A DNA stretch of 64,000 bases from Mizuhopecten yessoensis (Eukaryota). The stretch spans positions 2,096,555 through 2,160,554 of the forward strand of contig NW_018408761.1 of NCBI RefSeq assembly GCF_002113885.1. The letters run 5' to 3'. The notes below the pieces were generated by a model, which worked only from the letters and a program-made list of their open reading frames with translations, was not told where the DNA came from and made no database searches. Of this stretch, positions 50,465 through 64,000 are shown piece by piece (the first letter of the stretch is position 1; the number at the start of each line of letters is the position of its first letter). The translations under genes and the position numbers were made by a program.

Positions 50465-53400
50465 AACTGTTATAAGAATCGTGCTATGTCTTCGTTGGGC
50501 GGTATTTTAACTCACTTACAATGTTATTTATTGTACAACTTCAAACAAAATATTGGAGATTTTTTAAACACAAAGGAATTACTTTTGATTACATTTATAT
50601 CAATTCTATCATGCTTTATGTTTTTAAATACCAAAATTATGATGATGCATTGACGTATCAAGCAGTACCTACGACAATTCAACTTACCAAATATTAACGC
50701 TAGCATATAATTGGGTTAAGATCGGCGCCGACCAAAACAAAATCTTAATTCTACGCTTTTAACATTTGAATTGAAGGTAATGATTTCTGCAATCAGAAGA
50801 ATATTGATTAGATTGAACAGATTTCCTGTATTTACCTTTCGGCAACAATTGAGCCTAACAGCAGTTCCGGTGAATACCAGAAATAAATACGATTACAATA
50901 TAGTCCCATCTTTAATTCTTGAAAACCTAGAAATGGTTATTGTTATTTGCATTATTTTAAAGTTCTGATATCTTACAACTATGGTGACATGATAAATGTG
51001 CTCGTAGACTAACACACGTTTGATACATCGTACTTTTGTTATCAAATCCATAAATGTATCCTTACGCGAAGATGGATACGACCAGAAAAGATCCATGTGT
51101 ATTCTGTTACCTCAAAGGCAAAAGCTCGATATTATGATTCTATGGTGAACGATTTCAATATATTAACTTTAAATGACTTTGAACACAACCAAATATACTA
51201 CCTTTTTTAATGTATGCCCTGTAAGTTGATTCTATAACTACAGTGATTTAAAGTAGACAGCTCTCTAGCTTTGTAATTTGGCTTCGATTTCTAAACTAGA
51301 TTCACGAAAGTGATATACCAAAACCTGTCAAAAATTAGCTTGAATCAAGATTATACACTCCTTTTCCCTGCAGACTACCCCAATATCATTATTTTTATTA
51401 TCAGAAGCAGTGAAAAACATAACGAATTCGTTGTTTCTTTATTTTCCAGAAATATGATATTTTCTTTCATTTTCTCCCAGACCGCCATTGCGTTGAAATG
51501 TTATTTCTTGTAACAAACACCGTATAGTGCACATATACATATCCTTTACATCTCATATGAATTTTATTGCTAAGCTAACATTCTATCATTCATTGTCACA
51601 TACAGGCTCTACAATGACAGATAACATGTTCATGTTTTTAAGAAGAGGAAGGTAAAAGCGGGAATAATTTGACTTGTGCGGCACGAGCAGCAGAAGGCTG
51701 TCACGTGTACTCGGGTACACGAGTGGTGGATGTTGTCAGTGTGGTCTACTCGGGACGTACGGTTCTCACTAAACTTAGGGATCATTATGTCTGTGAATAA
51801 AAAGAGCGGTGCAACTGTCACCTCAGAGAATCTGACTTAAATAATATTTGTCCCGCTTTTGGATACAGGTTTACGGGGACTTTCTGTTTTCCTTGGCGTG
51901 CAGGTTGATTTAGATGATCGAGGTATATCTTTATTGTCGTTTCGTGTAGTCATCGTCAGACTGCGGCGTACATATTTTCACGTCAGATGACGGCAAGCTG
52001 CTGTTATTGATATATATATTTATGTACAAGTATACTCGTATTTCGATTAGATTTTATTTCCCCATGGATAAACGTCCACCGCTATAGTCCTTTCGTGGAG
52101 CTAGCGGCAAATTAGATATTTGCTTTGTGTTGTTCATCCAGTCGCTCAGTGGAGCGAGACCTACAGATCTAATGCCTGCCTGTAGGGCTTTGAGCTAATT
52201 GTGACATTCACATATGCCTTTTATAATCCTGTGAACGAACAGGTAACTGTTATTGTTAAATTGTTGTGCAATAAGCTCTATTGTTCATTTTGATGGGGCA
52301 GGCGATACAAGGACAGTCCAAAGAACGTGGCGTGGCGTCCCCCCTAAACTTAATTCCTGGTCAGTGGGTCACTTTGTTGCATAGTATTGAATCCAAAGCA
52401 TTGCACAATTTGTTTGATTTTATTATCAAAGGTTCTTTAAAGTAATGGTGTTACACGGTTAAAATTGCAAAGGTTTTCCACTTGTGTTTTGTTACGTTAC
52501 AAAACAAATTCCATGTGAACCATGTATGCTTATTTACTGACCATTCCCTAGATATAAAAAAGGGAATCAAATTTTCAAACAATTGAGATCTTCTCTTTAT
52601 AATAAACTCGATCTGCTGTTTATGTTAACAAGGTGTATGCTAAAAACATTTCAGTTAATTATCAATCATATTTATTATTAAAGATCTTAACGTATTTAAT
52701 TTGCATCTCATATTTACTGTTAAGTCATTGTATTTTATTTGGTTTTCTCCTGGTACTCAAGTTTCCTCCCACACTAAGACCACTGTGCGCCTATATGCGG
52801 TCAACTAAGATGGATTAACATGAATTGATATCCTAGTATTCATAAATGTTGTTAATATAAATAAAGTTCAATTTAAAAATAAAACAACAAAAATACTGTA
52901 TTATAAACGCTTCCCAGATGTCTTGACTGAAATTTCAATTTCAATTTGGTCCACAGCGCGATAACTAAACTATCCCATGCATCTGAATGATTTTTTCTTT
53001 TAATTTGTAATGAAAATTCGTTTGATCTATTACACTTCGTTCATTGACATAGTCCCCAATATTTATTATATTATATCGGCCCATTTCATATTATTACGTG
53101 ATATTCCAATTAACTGTATACAAATCTATGTGTTTCCGAAAATAATTTCATTTCCTGCGAAAACTCACTTTCCTCTTAAAACTCCTGACAAAGGGACCAG
53201 TCGGTCTTGACACGTTGCGACACGTTTGATACGTACACTGTTTGTGTAGAAAGTAAAACTTTGATATTACATATTTCAAAACTGGTGAATCTTATTGAAG
53301 ACACTCGCCGTCTAATGATGTCCATGAATCATTGTTTTTTTGTTAAAATGTGGAAAAAACTAATTTGGTTTTACAGTTAAGGATCCCTGTCCTTCATTAG

Positions 53401-53681
53401 GCAAAATTACAGCGACCTTCCCTTTATTTTATTTTAAATATTACCACGGACTGGGTAAGTCATATTAGAGCGTCCGTATTGTAATCAGAGGTCAAGGGTT
53501 CGAATCCCGGTCTGGCTTACCGGATTATAAAATGTCTGTACACTGCTAATGATTTTTTGTTATTCTTTGAAAGGTCTGCAAGATCTAAGTTTATTTTCAG
53601 AAAGGAATCGTCATGCTGGTTAAAGAGTTTTCAATTCACAGTTACATCGTTTTGGCGGCGGTATGGGTGTCCTTCACATAG

Positions 53682-53860
53682 GCGTATTGAAGAGTTATCT
53701 TCTCTTGTGAGCAGGTATTGATTTTTACGTCATTAGTTTGTGAGAGTAACGTTATTAATATTTGAGAAAACGACGTAATTTTCTCACACAAACCAATGAC
53801 GTAACAATCAATACCTGCTCACAAGAGAAGATAACTCTGCAATACGCAAAGACGGAATAC
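53682..53860. mobile_element. Second copy of the palindromic MITE at 1622-1809 (left end truncated)
   Basis: Near-identical sequence, including ...ATAACTCTGCAATACGCAAAGACGGAAT. Confidence 0.8.
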
Positions 53861-53928
53861 TTTGACAGATATGTTACATACTTCACCCTGAGTTAACTTC
53901 AAACTTTCTGCGTATCATCTTTTATTAA

Positions 53929-54573
53929 GGTAATAGGATTGTGTCGCCATTTCTCAGTAGAATTTCTTCAAATTTTGTAGTTATATTGCTTTGGAGGAAA
54001 GAAAATGTTCTGCCACAAAAAAAATAAAGGTTGTCATAATTTTAAGGAATTTAAATGGAAATTCATGTAAAAAGGAGTGACTTTGGAGAAAAAAAATGAA
54101 AGACACATTTTTTTGCAAAATAATGTCAATAAAAATGATACTACCATAGATTAGTATTGCATTAATGTATATCAATTTAATAAATGCTGAAATTATGTAA
54201 AATAAATTATCTGTAAACGATTAAAAATTGACATTTTATAATAAAACCATATGCACGTAGTAATTGCAGGTAAGAGTTATCTTCCTTGAAAAACTTCACA
54301 GTAGTGAAATAGGTAGCCGGTTTCCTGAAGTAATGAAAAATGGATACATGTAGCTCATTGATAAAAAAAAAAACACCTGAATTAATGCCTGCATTGCTTT
54401 GAAACACTTTAATATTGAGAGAAAACACTGTTCTGTCAATAATAAACATACAATATTCATCAGTTAAATATTAAACATTAGAATATACGGAAATTGTGAT
54501 ACTGTCTCCCTACATTGGAATTTAAACTAGGGATGTACTTCCTACTTCCGTTTATCAATACACTCCTATGACC
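53929..54573 (+). mobile_element. Non-autonomous Kolobok-type MITE (645 bp)
   Basis: TTAA flanks; same TIRs and internal sequence as 45947-46585. Confidence 0.8.
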
Positions 54574-57330
54574 TTAATAGTTATCTAGTACGTATTAACC
54601 TATCCTCACATGTCTTTAAATCCTACATTTTTTACTTATGTTTTTTTTGTGATTTCTGTTCCAAACCGTATAATTTCAAATATATTTTTCTCTAGTGATA
54701 ATATCGTTTGTCCATGAATTAATTGTAACATGTTAAAAATTGTTCAAATTGCATTGTTGATATTCCCACTATCGTAAATATTCTTTCCCTGCAATTTATA
54801 GTATTTCATCAAGGAATGTTATCGTCCTTTGTTCCCATTTAGTTTAATAGCCTTGTTTTATCTTTTTTTCAATCAAAATGCATCCCTCATAGTTTCGCCT
54901 CTAAATGACATTTCTGCCATGTTGAGTTTTTTTAAATTGTCTTTTGCAAACTGATCATCTTCCATCTGTTTTGCTTTTGTTTTATTTTTAATTACGATTA
55001 CATTTCAGCTTCCTTTTTGCATATAATTTGTATGCATTCGTTTTAGGAACATAAAATAATGGTGTCTAAAAATTGTGAAATCTTCGTGTGTTGTGTTTAA
55101 ATACATCAATATTTGCCCTGTCTTATTCAACAAAATCTCAAAAAAATATTACCAAGGGCAGAAGAGGAAGTGGACAACCTTGTCTGTTCACCTAGACATT
55201 GTTTTAATTCCCGTGAATATGTATATTGTTTTCTTACCTATTGCTATTGTTATGATAAATAAAATCGCCAGATCCTACACACCACATCAAAAAGATATAT
55301 CTTATATATAAGACGACTCGCCACAATAGGCATTTCGGACAATCTCGTACCACAGAAATGCCTATTGTGGCGGGTAGTCTATTGTATACAATACGCTTGA
55401 ATTACTACATTCACCTTCGCTCGGGGTGATCTACCTGCACTGGTGTCTAAATATAGCCACCATTAGTCTATGTTTAGAGGTCGGATTTACACAAACGTCT
55501 GAACACATATCTGCTAGAAGGTCATGTAAGTATTGCCGAAATTATTCCAGACAACATCTGTATCAACGGAATACATTAAGAATGTATTTCATATAATGTT
55601 CTGACACTGTTAAAACACAAACGAATTTTTTACTGAAGCATATTATATTACCACTACAATTGTACTCACTCTGGCTTGTAGTCGGCCCTAGCTTAGTCTC
55701 GGGGTTTATACTTAATTCGAATCTGTTATTATATACACCGTGTACTACCCAACTTGTATACAATCTCTCGATACCTCCTATTACCATAGTGTGCTACGTT
55801 TAAGGTAATAGGATTATTAATTACATATTTGATCTAAGCTAGCATTTGGCTAAACATGAATTAATATAAGTTATTCATGGTTGGATTATGTTTAAAGTGT
55901 AGAAGCTTCGTATCATGAGATCGTTCAACAGTTGCCCTGAGGCTTAAAACTCGTAATTACACGCAACACTGGCTATGTACATGTATTATTTAGGCATTGA
56001 ACATTCAGATTTGTTTGCTTGCAAAGCTGTGTCATTCAAATACATGTAGATCATAAATACCATACAAAAACAGTTCAATACTTATATTTACGTTTTCTCT
56101 GCCTCTTATGTTCTTTTTAAACTTATAATTTATATTTAAAATTAAAATGCCCGCCTTATCGACAGTCCACACAATTTCGTTCAATAGTTTGAACAAAGTA
56201 GTACTTTGAAATTTTAACAAACACTTCAATTTTATTCCACAATTCAGTATCAATACAATTGCTTATGATATATCTATAGGGTGATATAAGTTTATCAATA
56301 GAAATCATAGCTGAAAGTTAGATTTTAGATTGTTCCAATTTTTCCCCGGAACAAATTTCTCGCATGAATAAATACAGTGAACACCGTGAATCCGACCTTG
56401 ACCTCCACGAGGGAGTCATTTTTGGAAGTAAAATTAGCAGAGAGAAAAATTCGAATTTGTGAAGAATCCAGGCGTGAATTTATTCGTGATTATATGGGAA
56501 TCTGACTACAGTCGGTAGTTTCTTCAACAGCCTCGTTATTTGACATGTCGTCAGAAACTGCGGAAACCGTGGCTGCGATACGCGTGATACTGATAGCGTT
56601 TAAAGCGAGTGATCTTGCGACTGAGCACAGGGATTCGTTACAATTGTCTTAAATGTTCAGTAACTGATGTGTGTGACTCATATCAGTAGGTCTGTAACAT
56701 ATGTTGCAGAAGGTCTATACAATATGTGTATTTCAGACATTTGTAACGAACCCCTGTTGATCAGTGCAGTGTAACAGACGATATTTCTGAAAAATTGCAT
56801 GGGTGTTAAAAATTGTTTCCATTGCCGGTATTAGTGATTTCAACCAATGTGCATTCTGTACGATATTGCAGACCATGGTCTTGTTTTTGTTGTTATAAAA
56901 GTATTCTTTTTTCTTTTTTCAACAGCCGTCATGTTTATTTAAATTGGATATTGTAGTTCCGGTGAGTGTTGTATTAATACGCTAAGAATTGTGTCTCGTG
57001 CTGCATGGTAATTAAAGTCCCATCAACGACACAGCTTTCAAAGAGGCTATATAGTGACAATGCCATGCAAATGTAAATATAATGTATTAATTCCAACTCA
57101 ATTGAGCAATTGAAGCATTACACTACATGTCTTTATAAGTAGGCCAAATGTCAGTGGTGAGAGCGTTCAATGCGCTTCTATCCGAACTAACTTTGATGAA
57201 TCTTTATAAAGCCTGTACACTAAAATACAGGACACAATACAAATGGCAGTGTGCTACATGGTACACACATGTGCGATTAGGAATTTTTTGTTTGGTGTTT
57301 AACGTCCTTGCAACAGTTTGGTCATACGAT

Positions 57331-57501
57331 ACAACAGCCAGGTCCATACGAGGACGGGTGTCTAGGGAGACACAACAGCCAGGTCATATGAGGACGGGTG
57401 TCTAGGGAGACACTACAGCCAGGTTATATGAGGACGGGTGTCTAGGGAGACACAACAGCCAGGTCATATGAGGACGGGTGTTTAGGGAGACACAACAGCC
57501 A
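57331..57501 (+). repeat. 40-bp tandem repeat (ACAACAGCCAGGTCATATGAGGACGGGTGTCTAGGGAGAC), ~4 copies
   Basis: Directly visible. Confidence 0.9.
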
Positions 57502-57933
57502 GAGTCATATTCGTTGTTTTGTTTTATTATGTTTAACGTCCTATTATCAGCTAAAGTCAATTAAGGACGTACTTCATGTGTGTTGTGTAAGTGTGCATGC
57601 TAGTTGAGCTGTACATAAAGATAGATTTACTCCAGTAAAATTAATCGTTTCAAATACAATGTTCATTCAAACTCTAAATCACAATATATTGAAGTATGTC
57701 TTATAATTAGAACAGATGAAAACCTCTGGTTTTATTTACATTTTCCGTCCGTACTGTTTTGGGCGAATATGTTAGCTTCCAAATCGTCCAGTGTGGATGT
57801 TTTCAGTAAACCATAAAAGCGGGTGCACGCTTTTCTACGTGTACACCCCTTTCAAAAGCTCAGTAAGGCGTTGTTCAAATTGTTAAGGAAATCACTTTGA
57901 TGAATATTCTTTGCATGTTTTTTTTGTTTTAAT

Positions 57934-58950
57934 ATGGCACAAAGACGTACCAGACAACGGTTAAATGACGGTGAAATGAATAGGGGCATCGGAATGCTGC
58001 AAGCTAGCATGTCTCAACGTCAGGTTGCAGCATACCGTGGGGTGTCTCAAAGTGTGGTGGCAAGAATGGGGATACGTTTCCAAACTAACGAAAACCCTTC
58101 CAGACGTCATGCTGGAGGTCGTTCTAGTGCTACAATGCAGCGCCAAGACCGATATTTGCTCACACAGGCACGGCGTCACAGGTTCCATACTGCCACAGCT
58201 TTACGAAACGACCTCCTAAATGCTTCTGGTACCGGGGTAGCCACTACAGTTAGGAACCGTCTTCATGATGCTGGTCAAAGGTCACGTTGACCAGCAATAC
58301 GAGTTCCCTTAACTGCTCGCCATGTTAGGGACCGATTAGATTGGGCTTAAGCTCAGAGCATTTGGACTATTCAGGAATCCAGATTCTGTCTCGACTTCAT
58401 CGACAGGCGCGTTAGTTTGTTTATGGATACAACCTTGGGAGAGGTTTCAGGCAGGTAACGCTGTGAAACATGACCGATATGGCGGACGTTCAGTGATGGT
58501 GTGTGGAGGCATAAGCCTTCGTGGGAAAACTGACCTCCATGTCCTCCATAATCGTACTGCTACGGCCCGGATTTCCTGCGATGAAATACTTTAGGCCTAT
58601 GTCAGACCCTACGCTGGCGCTATCGGCCCTGACTTCATCCTTATGCATGATAATGCTAGGTCACATAGAGCAACAGTGACTGAGCAGTATCTACAGAAAG
58701 AGACTATTCAACGAATGGATTGGCCAGCCCGCTCGCCGGATCTAAATCCCATCGAGCATGTGTGGGACATGCTGCAGACAGCGCTCTCTGCCAGAAATGT
58801 TCAGCCAAGAACGCTCAGGAGCTGGGAACAGCGTTGGTAGTTGAGTGGAACGCTATCCCACAAAACTGGATACGCGACCTTATTCGGAGCATGCGCAGAC
58901 GTTGTGAAGCTGTAATTGATGCTCATGGGCGTCACACTCGATACTTAAAC
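57934..58950 (+). pseudogene. Tc1/mariner transposase, degraded
   Basis: HTH N-terminus, ESRFCL, SVMVCGGI, MHDNARSH and WPARSPDLNPIEHVW, SMRRRCEAVIDAHGRHTRY. Several stops and frameshifts; TIRs not resolved. Confidence 0.88.
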
Positions 58951-59529
58951 AGTTTCTGTTTATTTAGGATGAGTTTTGTTCAATTGAAGTTTTTTTAGTT
59001 AGTACCTCGTTGTTACTAATTTTAAAGGTATCCCTTTACCTGCGGCTCATTTTCCGACTGTAATTACGATTTTTAGAATTTTGCATGCTGATGAATTAAA
59101 AGAACAATCATTTTTTCAAAAATAATCTCAGTATAAACCAAATAAAATATTTACTAGATTTGATAAGACGCATCATGACGATACCACAAGTGGTGCAACA
59201 TATAATAACGTTTCCTGATCGTATGATATTTTGTCTGGATGCTTGGTGACGTTTTCGACTTTTCTTCCGATTGTTTTATTATTTACCCGTTTTTTGTTGT
59301 TTTTTTCCCTTTCATATAAACTTTTCTCTATTTTGTACTTATTATTCCTATTTGTTTGACTGGTAATCAGAATCAGTGCCACTTTTTACTTTGTGAAATT
59401 TTGTGCCTTCTAGCTTCATTGATGCTGCAGGAAAACATCAATTGCTTGAGCTTACGATATGCTTTTTAATCTTGCTTATTTTATTTATCACATTTTGTAT
59501 TCAGGATGAAGCGATGATAATTAGAAAAC

Positions 59530-62500
59530 ATGTCAAGTCGTGAAATGGAGAACGTTTCGAAGTCCTCCAAACTGGACTTTAAAGATTTAGTGGTGTCCAC
59601 TAAATCTAAGGTGCTACTGAAGAATGTGTCTGGATCAGCATCTAGTGGTGACCTGCTGGCCGTTATGGGGCCTACAGGTAACATCCAATGTCGTACATAC
59701 CTTAACACACGGTAGTATGGACAAATATAGTACTATTGAATGACTATATCTATTTATTAAAGAAATATTCGTTACGGTCTTACTGAATATAAATACAAGT
59801 CGTTTTTGAAGTAAATGTAAGTTCTAAGAAGGTTCAAAGCAGTTAAAAATCCTGTTATGTACTATAATTGACTTAAGCAGTTTAAATATATGTACATATT
59901 CTATTGTTAAAGTTTACTGATTGCAGTGACTCTTTTCTATCTGAACCATATATTTATTAAAACAGCCTTTCATTAACAAATGTACACTTGAGGTGAAGCT
60001 AAATAACTGTATGGTTGCGCCTTGTTAGAGTACTTCCTATTAATAGACGAGAGACGAGTAGAGACTAAGAAAGATATAACAAAATGTTTCAGATTCAAGT
60101 GATTTCGTTTGGTATGTTTCTGAAATAACCTAAAGGAACGATGAATGAAGCAGGTTGACTGCACGTTTTCTGCAGTTGATAACATTGGTTGGGAAGGTGA
60201 TACGATACCGTTCACATCCGATCGGAGAATCGACCTGATGCCGTCTTTGTAAAATGCGAGTGCCCTACATAACTACTGTGCCACCCTACCACTCATAGAT
60301 ACATGCGATATATTACTAACGTTACATTGCAGGCGCTGGAAAAACAACTTTTCTCAATGTACTAGCGGGAAGAGTATCACATGACTCCGGGACAATCACT
60401 CTGAACGGGTCACCTTTAAACAAAACACATCGACGTCGCCTTGGTTACGTGTTGCAGAATGACATTTTCCTTTCCAACCTGACGTTGTGGGAAACACTTT
60501 ACGTGAGTATGTTTAACTTCTCAGTATCATTCTTAGTACCATTGCATCAGTTTGCAGTCGTGCTGGGACAAAGTATACTCGATAATTGGAAGAAATGGAA
60601 TAGACATTTTGAAGAATTCAAAGGTCTAAACCTCTTGTTTTCAAAATGTTTCTTCTATCAAAATATTTGTCATTTTGACCCTTTACATTACCATACATCA
60701 TACCAAAATAAAGAACACCTTCTGTCTCTTATTATGTGATATTTCTTTTCTATGAATGGCAAACGGCGATACAAATATATGCTTGTAATTTACCTTGGAT
60801 GATATTTTGTGTAAGCACAACAAAAACAACAACAACTACATCAACGAAAATCAATAAAAATATGATAGATTTATAAATAGTGAGGATGGAATTGTGAGTT
60901 TCCATTTGGCAATATCTTTTTTGAGTTCGGTGTCAAGATTTTTCCAGCAAACTGTAAACATTCACATGAAAACAACCTGTCGTCTGGGCGATTTGTTTTA
61001 TATTTTATATGAGGCTGATTTTATTGTTAAACTATAAGGTTAGTTAAAAAAAACCTAGTAAAGTCCTCGGTAGCGTTCCTCATTCTTTCTTTACACTGTG
61101 ACCGACGGGGACTGCCTTTTTCTAAGTTGTACGATACGCGGGACGATTTCGAGTGTCCGATAATGAAGGAGGCAAGGAAATATACGGGGTAGTTTTCTCG
61201 TCACCCTCATGATCTCATATGGAAATACGCTATTTCTGTGTCTGATGAAATGTTCGATTATTTCTATTATGCTCATTGATGTGCCTTGTGGTTTTGGTGT
61301 CACTATCCGAATATGAGGATGAGAACGTGGCATTACTTGGATTTGACTTTGATTTACATTGGAGATTGCGTCTATGAAACAGAATATGCTTACCCTGCTG
61401 GAACGTCTGGGTTTATTCTCCTTGTACTCTTTCAAATGTTTATCTGTAACTGTTTCCTTTCTTTACATCTTGCCCTGTTTGTATCGATATTGAGTTCTAA
61501 TTATGATTTTTGTTGACATTTCCGTAGTCTTTTGAGTTTTGGTAATGCTTCAACATAAACGTCGCCATTATCAATTTCATATATCATTTATATCAGCTAT
61601 GAATGTGATGTGAACATGACCATACTTTGATAATTGCAAAAATTAGATAACATCGACTATTTGAATATAGCTGTTATTTAAAGATGCATGCACTTATTAA
61701 AACTAAATGCTGATTCAATTAATAAATTTGACGGCATTAAAATATTTCAAAGATGGTATGAAAAGCTTTCAATTGGCATTTATAATCATTAAGCGTACAA
61801 TTCGGAATTCATATGGACATTAAGAGACATATAAAAGCAGTTCAATGCTGTTATAAAATAGTTACTCATTTCAGTAATGGAGTGGAAAATTAGAATAAGA
61901 TTTTTTTTTAAAGTTTAATTCGTGTTTTTCCTTAATCTTAATTATCATGTGTTGTGTCAAATTATGACGCACGTTCAATTATAATTAAGTGTTTTAACGG
62001 TTAATATTACACCAGGCACTGTCCCTGTTAAAATTATTTGTCGATGTTAAATTGTAACGCTTTTTACCAAGATTATCTAAATCATCAATGTTTCTCTAGA
62101 TAAAATGAGATTACAATTTCGATTTATATATATCCAAATATGTGTATAAAATATTTCCGGTGTATATATAGAGTAAACAAGTAAACATTAATTGTACATG
62201 CAACCTTGTTGATTATGTGCTTATTACAACGCTGGCAATAACATGAAATAAGATAATTTCCTCAGTTTACAGCGATGATACGTATACCAGACAAAGTACC
62301 AAAACAAGAAAAGACGGAGAAAATATATACAATCGTCAATTCATTGGGTCTAAAAAAGTGCCTTCATACACGTAAGTACTTATGTTATATCTCGTAGACT
62401 AATGAACAAACAGGCATGTTGTTTAAGCTCTATATTAAATCACAGAAAGAGACAAAAAGAGTTCATGTAAACTCTAAATGTATATGCTGAAATGCTATTG

Positions 62501-63035
62501 TATTGATGTACGTTGATTGTTGAATCTTTCTGTTTTCTGTGTGTTTCTTAGCTGACATATTTTTTTATCCCTTTCTAGCTATTGGTGATATTTTCAGTCG
62601 TGGTTTATCCGGAGGTGAGAAGAAGAGAGCAAACATTGCCTGTGAGCTGCTAACAGACCCAGATTTACTCCTAATAGACGTGAGTGCTTACCTGTCAATC
62701 GTTTGATGTCATAAGCTCTGTTTATAACTCTTAACCTGTTTATTACGCTAGTAAAAATCCCAACTTGTCAAAGTGTATATACACTAAAGGAAACAAATTT
62801 ATTCCAATTGCAGTGTATGCACTGTGGTTTACTTTTACAGATACCAAGCTATCTCATATCGTTTATATTAAAGGAGCCGACTTCCGGTTTAGACTCTAGT
62901 ACTGCACACACGCTGATGGTTCAGCTGAAGAACTACGCGACCGAATACAACAAGACGATAGTTGCCACCATACACCAGCCCTCCAGTCAAGTGTTCAACA
63001 TGTTCTCTACCTTACTGCTGCTCGTGGACGGAGAG
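59530..63035 (+). CDS. ABC transporter subfamily G half-transporter, paralogue 2 (5' part; continues beyond the window)
   Basis: Exons 59530-59677, 60333-60502, 62266-62371, 62579-62679 and 62874-63035, with the same intron positions and phases as the minus-strand gene. Motifs [35 protein letters not shown]. Confidence 0.9.
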
Positions 63036-63317
63036 GTAACTTTGAAAAAAGTCAATATATAACATCAAATAAGAGATGTATTTAGATATAGAAATAGAGG
63101 TTATTTTTTGCATAGCACCAGTTGAAATTAAAAAAAAATCAAGTCACTAGTGAAATAGAATTGTTATTAATAAAAATCAACATTATATGGTGTTCATTAC
63201 GTTTTTCTTAATTACAATGTATTATAATTGCTTACTTATTCAAATAATCCTAGTCTTGCAAAATATTTTGAGACACGGAATGCTGTATTAAGACGTCACA
63301 ATAAGAAAAGTTCACAA

Positions 63318-64000
63318 CTGTCCGTCCGGCGTCCAGCAACTTTTCGTTTGAACGATTTCTTCTGAAGAATGGACTAGCCTAGAATTGATATTTGGGTGAT
63401 AGTTTTGTTAGTTCCAGACCAACAAAGTTTGAGATTGAAAATGACCTTGACCTCCTTTTAAGGTCACATGGGTCAAATGTGTGAAATACTTAAAACGACT
63501 TCTTCTGAAGAACTGAAAGGTATAGAATTTTAATATGTGGCTGGTAGCTTAGTTAGTAAAATCCCAACAAAATTTGAGAACGAAAATGACCTTGACCCAC
63601 TTTCAAGGTCACAGGGGTCATATCCGTCAAACTTATCAAATAATTTCTTCTTCATAATCAAAATGCATAGAATCATATTATTTGGCTGGTTGCTTTTTGG
63701 GATGTAGCCCGACAATGTTTGCGAATGAAAATGACCTCAGCCTACTTTCACGGTCACAGGGGCCAAATATACCAAACACTTCAAATTGCTTCTTCGGAAT
63801 AATCTAAAGGCATAGAATTATAATCTTTAGTTGGTAACTGTCACAGATGGAGCCCGACAAAGTTGGCTATTGAAAACTACCTGAACCTACTTTCAAGGTC
63901 ACAGGGGTTAAATATAGCAAAAACTGCAAGCAGCTTCTCTTGATGTAGTGAAAGGCATGGAGTCGTGATATTTGGCAAGCAGCTTCCTTGGATGGAGCCC
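63318..64000. mobile_element. Same 145-bp-array element family as 23625-25225, opposite orientation
   Basis: Starts CTGTCCGTCCGGCGTCC and has repeated AAAATGACCTTGACC...TTTCAAGGTCACAGGGGTCA units. Confidence 0.7.

Noticed and set aside
51594-51846. Possible solo LTR
   Set aside because: TG start and AATAAA are present, but there is no clear CA end or target-site duplication.
61091-61516. Antisense or nested ORFs in the ABCG-2 intron
   Set aside because: No domain features; the sequence looks like a degenerate retroelement 3' fragment.

Overview
AT-rich, intron-containing eukaryotic DNA. The repeat repertoire (V-type tRNA SINEs, Helentron/HINE-like elements with internal tandem arrays, TTAA-targeting Kolobok elements) suggests a bivalve mollusc, possibly an oyster; this is an inference. 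Left half (1-32 kb): a locally duplicated cluster of small minus-strand CARD + Death-domain (RAIDD/CRADD-architecture) genes. Two are complete two-coding-exon copies (224 aa and 214 aa) and one is an orphan but intact Death-domain exon. They are separated by a ~12.8 kb mosaic holding a 40-bp minisatellite, two TMCO6-like exons, a decayed Kolobok transposon (transposase + KolX) nested in a HINE-like element, and two MND1 exons with a broken splice donor. A compact LTR element with tRNA-like LTRs (Ajax/Cassandra type) is inserted in one copy. Right half (33-64 kb): two divergently oriented ABCG half-transporter paralogues. One is essentially complete (about 640 aa, two GC-AG introns) and the other runs off the window end. 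Between them is a TE-rich spacer with Kolobok MITEs, a degraded Mutator-like/Kolobok-type transposase, a Penelope-like RT remnant and a degraded Tc1. All exon structures and identity counts were derived by hand; no database searches were run.
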